Below, piece by piece: positions 23,572-33,178 of a stretch of DNA of 64,000 bases; position 1 is the stretch's first letter; every line of letters begins with the position of its first letter. Below the pieces are notes generated by a model. The model ran no database searches. It was not told where the DNA came from and saw only the letters and a program-made list of their open reading frames with translations. A program made the translations under genes and the position numbers. Origin of the DNA: an uncultured SAR86 cluster bacterium (GTDB lineage: Bacteria > Pseudomonadota > Gammaproteobacteria > Magnimaribacterales > D2472); the NCBI GenBank assembly GCA_964275585.1, contig CAXYCJ010000003.1, positions 10,315 to 74,314 of the forward strand, written 5' to 3'.

Positions 23572-24279
23572 AATTTGCATTCCTAATCTCTCTGCAACTT
23601 CTCCATAAGATTCAATGACATTACCAAGGTCTTGACGAAACCTATCTTTGTCCATTTTTGTCAGAGTATCCTTGTCCCATAAGCGACAGCCATCAGGAGT
23701 AAATTCATCTGCTAAAAGTATCTTGCCATTAAATTTTCCAAATTCTAATTTAAAATCTACCAAAATTAAATTAGCTTTTTTAAAAAACTCTACTAAGATA
23801 TTGTTAACTTTTAATGTTAATTCCTGCATTGCATCTGCTTCTTCTTTGGATGCCCAGCCAAATGATTCAATATGATGATCTGTTATTAAAGGGTCCCCAC
23901 GATCATCATCTTTAAGAAAAAATTCAAACAGAGGGGGATCAAGTATGAGACCGTCCTCTATACCCAATCTTTTGCATAATGATCCTGTTGCCCTATTTCT
24001 AACTACACATTCTATAGGGAACATTTCTAGCTTGTATACTAAAGATTCATTACTGGAAAGTAATTCAATGAAATGGGTCTCTACTCCCTTAGAAGATAAG
24101 AATTCCATTACAAAAGCGTTAAATTGATTATTAACCTTACCCTTATTATCTAGGGCTTCCATCTTCTTACCATCAAAAGCTGATGTATCATCTCGGAATT
24201 CCATAATCAACTGTTCAACATTAGAAGTTGTGTATAAAGATTTAGCCTTTCCAGCTGTAATTTTAGATAGCTTTTCCAT
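23560..24279 (-). CDS. purC: phosphoribosylaminoimidazole-succinocarboxamide synthase
   Basis: 239 aa. LYTTSNVEQLIMEFRDDTSAFDG and LADEFTPDGCRLWD motifs. Confidence 0.95.
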   Translation of the reverse strand: MEKLSKITAGKAKSLYTTSNVEQLIMEFRDDTSAFDGKKMEALDNKGKVNNQFNAFVMEFLSSKGVETHFIELLSSNESLVYKLEMFPIECVVRNRATGSLCKRLGIEDGLILDPPLFEFFLKDDDRGDPLITDHHIESFGWASKEEADAMQELTLKVNNILVEFFKKANLILVDFKLEFGKFNGKILLADEFTPDGCRLWDKDTLTKMDKDRFRQDLGNVIESYGEVAERLGMQIKLD

Positions 24280-24284
24280 ATTTT

Positions 24285-25283
24285 TTAACTCAATAACTCA
24301 TTAATCTTTGATATTAGGGCTTCAGCTTCTTCCTCAGATCCTAGTAGTGATTCAACCATAATATTTGTTTTACCCTTTATTGTTTGAAGTATAATTTTAA
24401 ATTCAGCCTCTTCTCCTAGCAATAGAGAATTATTATTTTCATCATCGCGGAAATTTAAAAAAGAGAACCATCCCCTATTTTCAGATTCAACCGAATAACT
24501 CACTAAAAAAATACCATTATCTCGATCAATATCATTTGAGGTAATATTTCCAGCCTCAAGTGCTCTGCTAACTGCAGACCAGGCTCTATTAAACCCAAGG
24601 TTTAATTCAATAATCGTTTGATCATTGACATTAAATATCTTTGCTTTTTTTCGATCATTCAAGTTCTGAGCAGCTAATGATGTTCCTGAAAATGATGAAA
24701 CAGAGCTTGCAAAAAATTGAACAATTTTTTCAAGCTCGCTTTGAATAAATTCTGGACTTACATCAATGGTCTCCATATTGTCATTGGAATAAATGGATAG
24801 AAAAATTTCAGTGGAGGCTTCCTTGATACCATGCTCAACAGCAATTCTAAAATTCCGATCATCTGAATATTTAATACGCATAATTCCAGTCTCTGGATCT
24901 GCATCAAGAATAGTCATTGATGAGGCTTCAAAATAATTCTTTGTAATAGGCCAAGAAGTAGATGGCAGAGTTTCTATGTATACCCACATCAATTCCCCCA
25001 ATCTTCTTAACTGGACTTCATTTGATTCCCCAGACGAAAAGATTTGCCTGGGCACTGGGACATCTTGGACTTCTGCAGGAGCAATACCTTCAATGATTGG
25101 AGGATAGTGATCATCTTTACTAATTTCTAGATTAGCATTTGGAAGTTTTAACTCAGGAGCAACCTCGTCTTTGAAAAAGTCATGTTTAGTATCTGGAAAT
25201 AAACCTTCGGGCCCTGAAATATATGAACATGAAGAAAATAAGAGTGGCAGACATATTCCAAAAAATAAATATAAGTTTTTCAT
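24285..25283 (-). CDS. bamC: outer membrane protein assembly lipoprotein BamC (NlpB)
   Basis: 332 aa. Lipoprotein signal LLFSSCS. The call rests mainly on the conserved dapA-bamC-purC arrangement known from E. coli. Confidence 0.7.
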   Translation of the reverse strand: MKNLYLFFGICLPLLFSSCSYISGPEGLFPDTKHDFFKDEVAPELKLPNANLEISKDDHYPPIIEGIAPAEVQDVPVPRQIFSSGESNEVQLRRLGELMWVYIETLPSTSWPITKNYFEASSMTILDADPETGIMRIKYSDDRNFRIAVEHGIKEASTEIFLSIYSNDNMETIDVSPEFIQSELEKIVQFFASSVSSFSGTSLAAQNLNDRKKAKIFNVNDQTIIELNLGFNRAWSAVSRALEAGNITSNDIDRDNGIFLVSYSVESENRGWFSFLNFRDDENNNSLLLGEEAEFKIILQTIKGKTNIMVESLLGSEEEAEALISKINELLS

Positions 25284-26179
25284 AGTAATTTTAATTTTAT
25301 CATCTCATTTAATAACTTTTCTTTATAATTATTTCCAAGAGGAATAAGAGGCAATCTAAGGCCTGCTTCAATTTTATTCATTCTCTCTAACATCCATTTT
25401 ACTGGAATTGGATTAGATTCAATGAATAAAAGTTCATAAATTGTAGTAAAAATTTTGTTTAGTTCTTGTGCTTCATCCAATTTAAGGTTGAGATTTAAAT
25501 TACATATCTGTGCAATCTCAGCAGGCAGTATATTTGCTGCAACTGAAATCACACCATCTCCTCCTTTTGACATTAATGAATTAAAGGTGGAGTCATCACC
25601 AGATAAGATATAAAAAGGCTTCTGATCAAATCTCTTTTCAGAGATAGATAGTAGCTGATTTAGTCTTTCTGGATCAGAAACTGCCTCTTTAATACCAACA
25701 ATGTTTGGATGCTCTGATAGTCTCTCAACAGTATGGGGTTGAAGATCACAAGCAGTTCTGGAAGGAACATTATATAAAATCTGAGGTATCTCAGCCGAAT
25801 CTGCAATTTTAGTATAATGCTGAAATAGTCCTTCTTGATTAGGCTTATTGTAATAAGGAGTTACTATTAGGGCAAAGTTTGCTCCCAATGAAGCTGCCGT
25901 TTGAGTTAATTCGATGGCTTCTTGGGTAGAGTTAGCACCTGTACCAGCAATCACTGTAATTCTTCCATCTGCAAACTGAATAGCTTTTTCAATAATTTCA
26001 AGGTGCTCAGATACCGTGACAGTTGACGATTCACCGGTTGTGCCAACAACTACAAGACCGCTAGTTCCGGATTGAATATGCCATTCAATTAATGAATATA
26101 AAGATTTGTAATCCAGGCTCCCGTCAGGGAACATTGGAGTAACTAAAGCTACAAAACTGCCTTGTAGGGGTTGCATCAT
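25280..26179 (-). CDS. dapA: 4-hydroxy-tetrahydrodipicolinate synthase
   Basis: 299 aa. GTTGESSTV, YNVPSRT and the GIKEA Schiff-base lysine. Confidence 0.95.
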   Translation of the reverse strand: MMQPLQGSFVALVTPMFPDGSLDYKSLYSLIEWHIQSGTSGLVVVGTTGESSTVTVSEHLEIIEKAIQFADGRITVIAGTGANSTQEAIELTQTAASLGANFALIVTPYYNKPNQEGLFQHYTKIADSAEIPQILYNVPSRTACDLQPHTVERLSEHPNIVGIKEAVSDPERLNQLLSISEKRFDQKPFYILSGDDSTFNSLMSKGGDGVISVAANILPAEIAQICNLNLNLKLDEAQELNKIFTTIYELLFIESNPIPVKWMLERMNKIEAGLRLPLIPLGNNYKEKLLNEMIKLKLL

Positions 26180-26226
26180 GTATGTTTTCAGTAAAAAATG
26201 AAACTATACACTTTTTAAGGAAAAAA

Positions 26227-26700
26227 ATGGCTAAAAATTTAGTAGGTAAGAAATGTCCAACATTCAAGGCTGATGCAACAAGTGAAGAAGTGATCTCTAA
26301 TGCAACATTTAAAAATAAAAATGTTGTAATTTATTTCTACCCTAAAGATAGCACTCCGGGATGCACAACTGAAGGGCAGGATTTTAGGGATAACTACAAA
26401 GCATTTAAAAAATTAAATACTGAAATTCTTGGAATCTCAAGAGAGTCTATTAAATCTCATGAAAATTTTAAATCGAATCAAAGTTTTCCGTTTGAGCTGC
26501 TCTCTGATCCAGATGAAAAAGTATGCAAGGCGTTTGACGTTATGAAACTTAAGTCAATGTATGGCAGGGAGTATATGGGGGTAGATCGGAGTACGTTTAT
26601 TATTAACTCAAATGGTAAAGTACACAAAGAATGGCGTAGCGTTAAAGTTAAAGGCCATGTACAAGAAGTCTTAGAGGAAGTAAAACTACTTAAAAAATAA
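26227..26700 (+). CDS. bcp: thiol peroxidase Bcp (peroxiredoxin)
   Basis: Start set at MAKNLVGKKCP (AAGGAAA Shine-Dalgarno upstream). YFYPKDSTPGCTTEG peroxidatic Cys motif. Confidence 0.9.
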   Translation: MAKNLVGKKCPTFKADATSEEVISNATFKNKNVVIYFYPKDSTPGCTTEGQDFRDNYKAFKKLNTEILGISRESIKSHENFKSNQSFPFELLSDPDEKVCKAFDVMKLKSMYGREYMGVDRSTFIINSNGKVHKEWRSVKVKGHVQEVLEEVKLLKK

Positions 26701-26704
26701 GATG

Positions 26705-27760
26705 TTAACTTGGGAGATTATCAGGCCAAGCATTCCATATTGCTTTGATTAAAGTGGCAATTGGAATTGCAAAGAACACGCCCCAGAAGCCAAAGAGACT
26801 CCCGAAAATAAATACAGCCAAAATAATTGCAACCGGATGAAGTTTTACTGCGTCAGAAAAGAGAAGAGGAACTAGTAAATTACCATCTAAAATCTGCAAA
26901 GCTAGATATGAGCCCATTAACAGCCAAAATTCAAACGTAAGATTAAATTGAAGCAGCCCAACTGCCGCAACAGGAATCGTGACAATGAATGCTCCCAAAT
27001 ATGGTATCAAAACAGAAAAACCAACCAAAACTGATAAAAGTGCAACATACTCTAGGCCAAAATATAGAAAAATTACTGCAGCTAATGAGCCAACAATAAC
27101 TATTTCAATTGCTTTGCCTCTAGCGTAGTTGCTAAGCTGCCCATCCATTTCAACCCAAATACTTTTTAACATCATCCGTTCTTTCGGCAAGATGCTAAGA
27201 AATCCAGAAATAATTGCTTTCCTGTCATACAAAAAGAAAAATACAAGAATTGGTAGCAAGATTATATTCACTGCAACAGCTAAGGTATTTTGAATGCCAG
27301 TAATTGAAGCTTTTAAAAAATCTTGTGAAATAGAGGTAATTTCTCCAGAAAGACTCTGTAAAAATGCAGTAATTTGATCTGAAGAAACTAAGTCAGGATA
27401 TTTGCCAGGGATTTCTTGGGCAAACAACATGAGTGAATTAACCCATTTAGGAATTTCTAAGATTAATGATTGGAGTTGTTGATAGACAACGGGAATTAAC
27501 CAGATCATTAATGCAAGGCCTAATAGCAAGAAAAAACTATAAGTAAGAACAAATGCCAGTGATTGCCCTAAACCATAGGACTGCATTCTGTTCTGCATTC
27601 CTAGTAGCAAATATGCAAATATAATACTAACCAAAAAAGGTGTAAGAATATTTCCAAAAAAGAAAAGAATTAAGAATGCGACGACCACTAGTAAAGAAAA
27701 AACTAAGGTCTCTTCATTAGAAAAAATTTTTCTTAATAAATTATTTATCTCTTCTAGCAC
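26705..27760 (-). CDS. perM: AI-2E/UPF0118 family permease (PerM-like)
   Basis: 351-aa polytopic protein. C-terminal PLLFSDAVKLHP..FGFWGVFFAIP is typical of the family. Adjacent to bepA, as perM (yfgO) is in E. coli. Confidence 0.75.
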   Translation of the reverse strand: MLEEINNLLRKIFSNEETLVFSLLVVVAFLILFFFGNILTPFLVSIIFAYLLLGMQNRMQSYGLGQSLAFVLTYSFFLLLGLALMIWLIPVVYQQLQSLILEIPKWVNSLMLFAQEIPGKYPDLVSSDQITAFLQSLSGEITSISQDFLKASITGIQNTLAVAVNIILLPILVFFFLYDRKAIISGFLSILPKERMMLKSIWVEMDGQLSNYARGKAIEIVIVGSLAAVIFLYFGLEYVALLSVLVGFSVLIPYLGAFIVTIPVAAVGLLQFNLTFEFWLLMGSYLALQILDGNLLVPLLFSDAVKLHPVAIILAVFIFGSLFGFWGVFFAIPIATLIKAIWNAWPDNLPS

Positions 27761-27847
27761 TTTTTATATTTTATTTTGTCTTAGAAATGATATGTTAATT
27801 GAAATTAATCAATAGTGTAAGTTTCTTAATGGTTCGTAAATAAAGTA

Positions 27848-29278
27848 ATGTTTTTTAAATACCTTCTTTTTATATTATTTCTATTTTCTCAAAGCCTTCT
27901 TGCTCAGGCTGAAGACCTAAATTTACCTGATTTAGGTGATCGAGTATCCGGTGTAATATCTTTGGAACAAGAAAAAACTCTTGGGCAAAGTTTCTTAGAG
28001 CAAGTCTATGCTCAAGCTCCACTGATAAATGATCCAATAATCCAAGAATATACTGAATTACTAATTTACAGGCTCTCTGAAACCTCTGAGGTTGTTGATC
28101 GTGAATTTACGATTATTTTAATAGATGAAAAGTCATTAAATGCTTTTGCTGCTCCAGGAGGGGTGATTGGAGTAAACGGTGGATTATTTTTAAATGCAGA
28201 AAATGAGGCTCAGTTATCATCTGTTTTGGGGCATGAGTTGGCTCATCTCAGTCAACGACACTTTGCAAGAAATGTTCTAAGAGGAAGGGATACAAATTTA
28301 GCATCTTCATTAGTAATGGTTTCAGCCATTGCATTGGCAATTGTTGCAAACAATCCAACCGCATTCATTGCTGGACCAGCGGCCTTAGCTCAACAAAAAT
28401 TACGATATAGTCGAATCTTTGAAAGAGAGGCTGATCGATATGGATTTAATAACTTAATTGCTGCTGGCTATGATCCAGCTGGGATGGGTCAGATGTTTGA
28501 AAATATGGCTAAAATCAGGAAACTGTCTGGTGACAACCCACCTGAATTCCTACTCACACATCCAATTACTTCATCAAGAATTAGTGATGCATTTAATGCT
28601 GCAGATCAAATTGAATTTACAGGAGGAAAGAAAAATACAATTAATTTTGAATTTGTGAAAGGAAGGCTTAAGGCTAGATATTTATCATCATCACCTCAGG
28701 CTGATGTGAGGTATTTTAAAAAACTGTATGAAAGCACTCCAAGCAATGAAAATAAATATGCATATATTATAGCTCTTAAAAATAATGGTCAGTTCATAGA
28801 GGGGCTGAGCTTGATAGAGGAAGTGATAGAAAAATACCCAAAAAATTTAATCCTCAATACTACAAAAGCAGAGATCTTATTGTCTGGTCAGCAATTAGAC
28901 CAAGCAGATAAGTATATTGAAAAAGTGCTAAATATTTCTCCAGGAAATTACCCTGCTTCAATTGTGAAGTCAAAAATATTAAGCGCAAAAAAAGAAAGCA
29001 TTAGGTCTGAAGAAGTTATAAGAGATCTTTTAATAACTAAAAATCGTGATCCGAATTTGTGGATGCATTTATCAGAAATTCAAAGGGCTGGGAAAAATAT
29101 TGTTGGCTATCACTTGAGTCGGGGTGAGTACTATATGTTATTGGGTGATTTTAACAATGCTCTGAATCAATTTCAATTTGCACTGCGACTATCAGGGAAT
29201 TCATTTCAAACATCAGAAACTATTATGACTAAAATTAAATTTGTACAAGATAGGTTGGGTAAAAAAAGAGGTCTTTAA
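27848..29278 (+). CDS. bepA: periplasmic M48 metalloprotease/chaperone BepA (YfgC)
   Basis: 476 aa. Signal peptide, HELAHLSQRH zinc motif and a C-terminal TPR region. Confidence 0.88.
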   Translation: MFFKYLLFILFLFSQSLLAQAEDLNLPDLGDRVSGVISLEQEKTLGQSFLEQVYAQAPLINDPIIQEYTELLIYRLSETSEVVDREFTIILIDEKSLNAFAAPGGVIGVNGGLFLNAENEAQLSSVLGHELAHLSQRHFARNVLRGRDTNLASSLVMVSAIALAIVANNPTAFIAGPAALAQQKLRYSRIFEREADRYGFNNLIAAGYDPAGMGQMFENMAKIRKLSGDNPPEFLLTHPITSSRISDAFNAADQIEFTGGKKNTINFEFVKGRLKARYLSSSPQADVRYFKKLYESTPSNENKYAYIIALKNNGQFIEGLSLIEEVIEKYPKNLILNTTKAEILLSGQQLDQADKYIEKVLNISPGNYPASIVKSKILSAKKESIRSEEVIRDLLITKNRDPNLWMHLSEIQRAGKNIVGYHLSRGEYYMLLGDFNNALNQFQFALRLSGNSFQTSETIMTKIKFVQDRLGKKRGL

Positions 29279-30591
29279 GAAGCAATCTTTTCCTTTGGTG
29301 GAATTTTAAAACCTAGCAAAGCTACACATCCCGCAAAAGGTATTGCTAATAATGGTACCTGTGAGAATGCCACTCCAACTGATTTAGAAATTAAGATAAA
29401 GCCACTACCTGAAAAATCTCCTAAACGAACAAGAAATGTATCAACTAAAACAGATGATTTATAACGATCTACTTTCTTAAGGTAGCTAAATATTAACTCT
29501 CTGGTTGGCTTGTTAACACCATACTCAAATAGTCTTAAAATAATAGTTACAACAAAAACATACCCAATGGTAGGAGCCAAGAAATAACCAATAAAAACAC
29601 CTGTGAATAAAAATCCGTAGCTCATTAAAATATATTTAGGGCCCACAATACGCATTATTGCTGCTGTTAAAAAAAATTGAGTGAATAAGGTCAGGATTGT
29701 GACTGTCTGCTCTATCTGACTAAAGAAGATAATCCTATCACCTCCATCTGATGACCAAGCATTTACTATTTCAACCGATGTAATCCAATGAACTGTCATG
29801 AGAGCTGTCCAAAGATACATATAGAGACCAATAGAGCGAATTTGAGAAGATGAAATTAAATTTTTAATAGCATCAAAGCTTGATCCTCCAGGTGACTCAT
29901 TGATTCCCTCTAAATTGGAGAATCGCTTCATAAGACTAAGTCCTGCCATCAGTGCCAAAAAAAGAAAAACTATAGCAATCATTGTAAAAAAAACAATGCC
30001 CGATTCATTAAAAGTTGAGGCTAACTGTTTAGAAATTTCTGAGCCAAGATAGGCTCCCAAAGATCCTCCAGCAGCTATTACTCCATAAACATTTGCAGCA
30101 TTGCCTCCTCTGAACAGATTAATAATTACAACCCAAAATATAGAGACAACAAAAAAAGAATAAACGTTACACCAAATATAAAATATCTGACTTAGAGAAA
30201 TAGATGATGAGGGATCAAAGAATTGCCATTTATAGAATATCTGACTTAGAGAGATAGATGATGAGGGATCAAAGAATTGCAATAAAATAATAAACCCTAG
30301 TAAATTACTAATAAAAAAAGAATAGCAACCTATCAACACACCCCTTAAATTTTTTCTTGAAGCCAGCCATGAATAAACTGGGTTCAATAACAACATAACC
30401 AATGCACCGACCCCAAGCAGATATGGAAGAATTTCAGAATTTTGAACTGCCATCTCATTTCGTACTGGTCTTAAAATATACCAAGAGCATAAAACCAAGA
30501 AGAAGAAGAAACCTGCAAGAATTGATTCTTTTGTAAACGATAAAGTAATTCTCTTTATGGTTTGAGCAACGGAATTAGAAATTTTTTTCAT
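29275..30591 (-). CDS. MFS-type transporter, ATP:ADP antiporter (TLC)-like; substrate unknown
   Basis: 438 aa, about 11-12 TM. WYILRPVRNEMAV and IFYIWCNVYSFFVVSIFWVV..N resemble TLC/NTT-like carriers. Contains an 18-aa tandem duplication. Confidence 0.55.
   Translation of the reverse strand: MKKISNSVAQTIKRITLSFTKESILAGFFFFLVLCSWYILRPVRNEMAVQNSEILPYLLGVGALVMLLLNPVYSWLASRKNLRGVLIGCYSFFISNLLGFIILLQFFDPSSSISLSQIFYKWQFFDPSSSISLSQIFYIWCNVYSFFVVSIFWVVIINLFRGGNAANVYGVIAAGGSLGAYLGSEISKQLASTFNESGIVFFTMIAIVFLFLALMAGLSLMKRFSNLEGINESPGGSSFDAIKNLISSSQIRSIGLYMYLWTALMTVHWITSVEIVNAWSSDGGDRIIFFSQIEQTVTILTLFTQFFLTAAIMRIVGPKYILMSYGFLFTGVFIGYFLAPTIGYVFVVTIILRLFEYGVNKPTRELIFSYLKKVDRYKSSVLVDTFLVRLGDFSGSGFILISKSVGVAFSQVPLLAIPFAGCVALLGFKIPPKEKIAS
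30172..30279. repeat. 54-bp x 2 direct tandem duplication inside the transporter CDS (50/54 identical)
   Basis: Unit A (30172..30225) is ccaaatataaaatatctgacttagagaaatagatgatgagggatcaaagaattg. Unit B (30226..30279) is ccatttatagaatatctgacttagagagatagatgatgagggatcaaagaattg. They encode QFFDPSSSISLSQIFY(K/I)W twice, in frame. Confidence 0.95.
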
Positions 30592-30633
30592 TAATTTAAG
30601 GTTTGGTGAGAACTAAAACTAAAGATGAATGAA

Positions 30634-30709
30634 TGGTGGGTCGCACAGGATTCGAACCTGTGACCAATTCGTTAAAAGCGAACTGCTCTACCAGCTGAGC
30701 TAGCGACCC
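30634..30709 (-). tRNA. tRNA-Lys (anticodon UUU), CCA encoded
   Basis: The minus strand GGGTCGCTAGCTCAGCTGGTAGAGCAGTTCGCTTTTAACGAATTGGTCACAGGTTCGAATCCTGTGCGACCCACCA folds as a cloverleaf. Acceptor GGGTCGC/GCGACCC, D stem GCTC/GAGC, anticodon stem GTTCG/CGAAT with loop CTTTTAA, T stem ACAGG/CCTGT with loop TTCGAAT. A tRNA-Lys follows cpoB in E. coli too. Confidence 0.95.
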
Positions 30710-30737
30710 AAGAGAGGATTCCATAAAAAAGATGTGA

Positions 30738-31385
30738 TTATTCCATATTTGCCAATAACTGCAAGGCTTGCAAGGCTAAAGAGGAAGCATTACTATCTGG
30801 AAAAGTTTGAACAACAAACTGATATTTAATCTTCGCTGCACTAGTCTCATCAGACATCATAAAGATATCTCCAATCTTTTTATGAGCCAGTGGGGTCCTA
30901 AAGTGATCGGGGTAAACTACTGTCAGGGTTTGAAAAAAATCATTACTTTCAATCAAGCTAGATTCTTGTAAAGAAATTTCTCCTAACCAGAAGAGACTAA
31001 GAGGAATTTTTTCATCGTCATTAAAATTATTAACTAAATATATAAAAGATTTTTTTGCAGCTTGAGAATCATTGTTATCAAATAATGCTTTTTTTGCTTC
31101 TTTGTAAACCTCTTCAATGCTTTGGCTCTCATTAATGCCTTGGAACCTGAAAGTGCTCTCTTCCGCCATCACATTACTCTCAGACGAACTTAAGGTTTCT
31201 GATTGAACAGAGCCTTCGTTTAACAGTTTATCAATTAAGTAAGATTGTGATTCCAGCTCACTTCTTAGCGCAGCTAATTCTACCTCTAACTCCTGGATCT
31301 TTAAAAATAAGATGTCTGAAGCATCGCCCTCCTGAGCATCTACAAAAAAAGATGCAGAAATAAGTACTGCAAGAAGAAATCTCAT
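30738..31385 (-). CDS. cpoB: cell division coordinator CpoB (YbgF), short form
   Basis: 215 aa. Signal peptide, coiled coil (LKIQELEVELAALRSELESQ) and a TPR-like C-terminus. Last gene of the tol-pal cluster. Confidence 0.8.
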   Translation of the reverse strand: MRFLLAVLISASFFVDAQEGDASDILFLKIQELEVELAALRSELESQSYLIDKLLNEGSVQSETLSSSESNVMAEESTFRFQGINESQSIEEVYKEAKKALFDNNDSQAAKKSFIYLVNNFNDDEKIPLSLFWLGEISLQESSLIESNDFFQTLTVVYPDHFRTPLAHKKIGDIFMMSDETSAAKIKYQFVVQTFPDSNASSLALQALQLLANME

Positions 31386-31396
31386 TTGATAAAAAA

Positions 31397-31873
31397 TTAT
31401 TTAATTTCTACTCTTCTATTTTTTGACCAGGAGGTATCATTTGAGCCTAGAGATAAAGGCCTCTCTTCGCCATAGCTTTTCGTAATTATGCTATTTCTTT
31501 TAATACCGTTAGCCATTAGATAATTTGCAACGGACTCAGATCGTCTTTGACCCAGTGCTAGATTGTACTCTCTTGTACCCCTTTCATCGGCATGACCCTC
31601 AAGAGTAATAGTGATATTAGGATTTTTTTTCATCAACTCTACTACCCCTTTTAACGCTTGAATTGATCTGCTTGTTAGATTAAATTCATCATATGCAAAA
31701 TAAACTACAGCATTCGCAAGAACTGCTTGGCTGGACATAGATTTTGGGGTAAGGCTCACTCCGGAAACACTTTGATCTGCAACAGATTCTTCGGTTACTT
31801 GAAGAGAGCTACAGGCAGAAAATAGCACCAAAACAGCTAACGAAAAGAAAGTGTTATTAAATTTATTCATCAT
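31397..31873 (-). CDS. pal: peptidoglycan-associated lipoprotein Pal
   Basis: 158 aa. Lipobox LFSACSS and an OmpA-like domain (LEGHADERGTREYNLALGQRRSESV..NRRVEI). Confidence 0.95.
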   Translation of the reverse strand: MMNKFNNTFFSLAVLVLFSACSSLQVTEESVADQSVSGVSLTPKSMSSQAVLANAVVYFAYDEFNLTSRSIQALKGVVELMKKNPNITITLEGHADERGTREYNLALGQRRSESVANYLMANGIKRNSIITKSYGEERPLSLGSNDTSWSKNRRVEIK

Positions 31874-31891
31874 ATTTACACCTATTTAAGA

Positions 31892-33178
31892 TTATCTTAA
31901 GAAATTAGACCAAGCAGGTTCTCTTACTTCACCTTTTGATGCTGGTAATTTAAACCTTGCTCCACTAAGGCTAAATCCTGCAAGCATACTTAAGTCTTTT
32001 TCCTTAATTCCATAGATTACCATATTACCATTGGGAGCAACACTAGGAGATTCGTCCATTTTTGCCTCTGTCAATATTCTAATAAAATTTTCTTTTTTAT
32101 ATTTTAAAGCGATGTGAAATAAACCGTCTTCAGATCTATGGACAAAAATGATCCCCTCTTCCTTAGGAAGATATGAAGCCTTAGCATTGTAACTGCCCTC
32201 AAAAGAAATGCGCCGAGCTTTAGGGTTTAATTTCCTAAGGTTTAATTCATATATTTGAGGAGAGCCAGATCTTCCGCTAGTAAATAGTATTTTATTGCCT
32301 TTGGGTGACCATGAAGACTCTGTATCAATTGCAAACTGATTAGTCATTCTTGTTAAAACTCTATCATGAAGACGTAAGATATAAATTTCTGCATTGCCAT
32401 CTTGATATAATGTTAAAGAAAGATATTTTCCATCTGGCGACCACGAGGGTGAGCTTATTTGCGTCTCTTTTGAAAGAACTGACTCCCTCTCACCTGAGGC
32501 AATGTCTTGGATAAAGACTTTTGCAATGCCCGTTTCGAAAGAAACATAAGCAACCTTTCTGCTATCAGGCGACCAAGCAGGAGAGATAATCGGCTCTGGA
32601 CTAGCTAGAAGAACTTTTTCATTTTCGCCATCGGCGTCGGCTAACATTAAGTTATAACGTGATTCCGGCTTGGATGACTTAATTTCATTTACATAGAGTA
32701 ACCTTGTAGATGCAATGCCCTTAATTCCGGTGATTGATTCATAAATTCCATCACTAGTATAGTGCCCAAGCTGCCTGAGCTGATCAGGAATACCAAATAC
32801 TTTTGAGTTGCGTATCTTCTTCTTTTTTAAAATATCATAAATTTCATAATTTACATCTACAAAATTCTTCTCTTGGATCACAGATCCAGTAACGAGATAA
32901 TCCATACCTAATATCTTCCAGTCACTATAATTTATCTCTTCATCTACAATTTTAAGTGGTGATAAGAGTTCTTTATCAAGGATAAAAAATTCACCTGTGC
33001 GCCTAAGATCGTTTGAAATAATGTTATGTAATTTTTTAGAATCTATCCTATTGCCTTCAAAAGGTATCATTGCGATTTTATAGGGATCTTCAGAACCTTT
33101 GGTGATTTCTAAAAAGAGCTCTCCGAAACACAGTGAAGACAAAAATAAAAATATTGATATGAAAGATTTTTGAATCAT
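31892..33178 (-). CDS. tolB: Tol-Pal system beta-propeller protein TolB
   Basis: 428 aa. Signal peptide and repeated SP.WSPDG blades (SPAWSPDSRKVAYVS, SPSWSPDGKYLS, SWSPKGNKILFTS). Confidence 0.95.
   Translation of the reverse strand: MIQKSFISIFLFLSSLCFGELFLEITKGSEDPYKIAMIPFEGNRIDSKKLHNIISNDLRRTGEFFILDKELLSPLKIVDEEINYSDWKILGMDYLVTGSVIQEKNFVDVNYEIYDILKKKKIRNSKVFGIPDQLRQLGHYTSDGIYESITGIKGIASTRLLYVNEIKSSKPESRYNLMLADADGENEKVLLASPEPIISPAWSPDSRKVAYVSFETGIAKVFIQDIASGERESVLSKETQISSPSWSPDGKYLSLTLYQDGNAEIYILRLHDRVLTRMTNQFAIDTESSWSPKGNKILFTSGRSGSPQIYELNLRKLNPKARRISFEGSYNAKASYLPKEEGIIFVHRSEDGLFHIALKYKKENFIRILTEAKMDESPSVAPNGNMVIYGIKEKDLSMLAGFSLSGARFKLPASKGEVREPAWSNFLR

Noticed and set aside
27761-27847. 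TTAATT-GA-AATTAA palindrome in the perM/bepA divergent intergenic region, considered as a possible operator.
   Set aside because: It is a 6-bp AT-only inverted repeat in roughly 80% AT DNA and is expected by chance. It resembles no known motif.
30592-30737. tRNA-Lys as an integration hot spot marking a genomic island.
   Set aside because: There is no integrase, no phage or mobile genes, and no visible repeat of the tRNA 3' end in the flanks. A tRNA-Lys after cpoB is the ancestral arrangement, as in E. coli.
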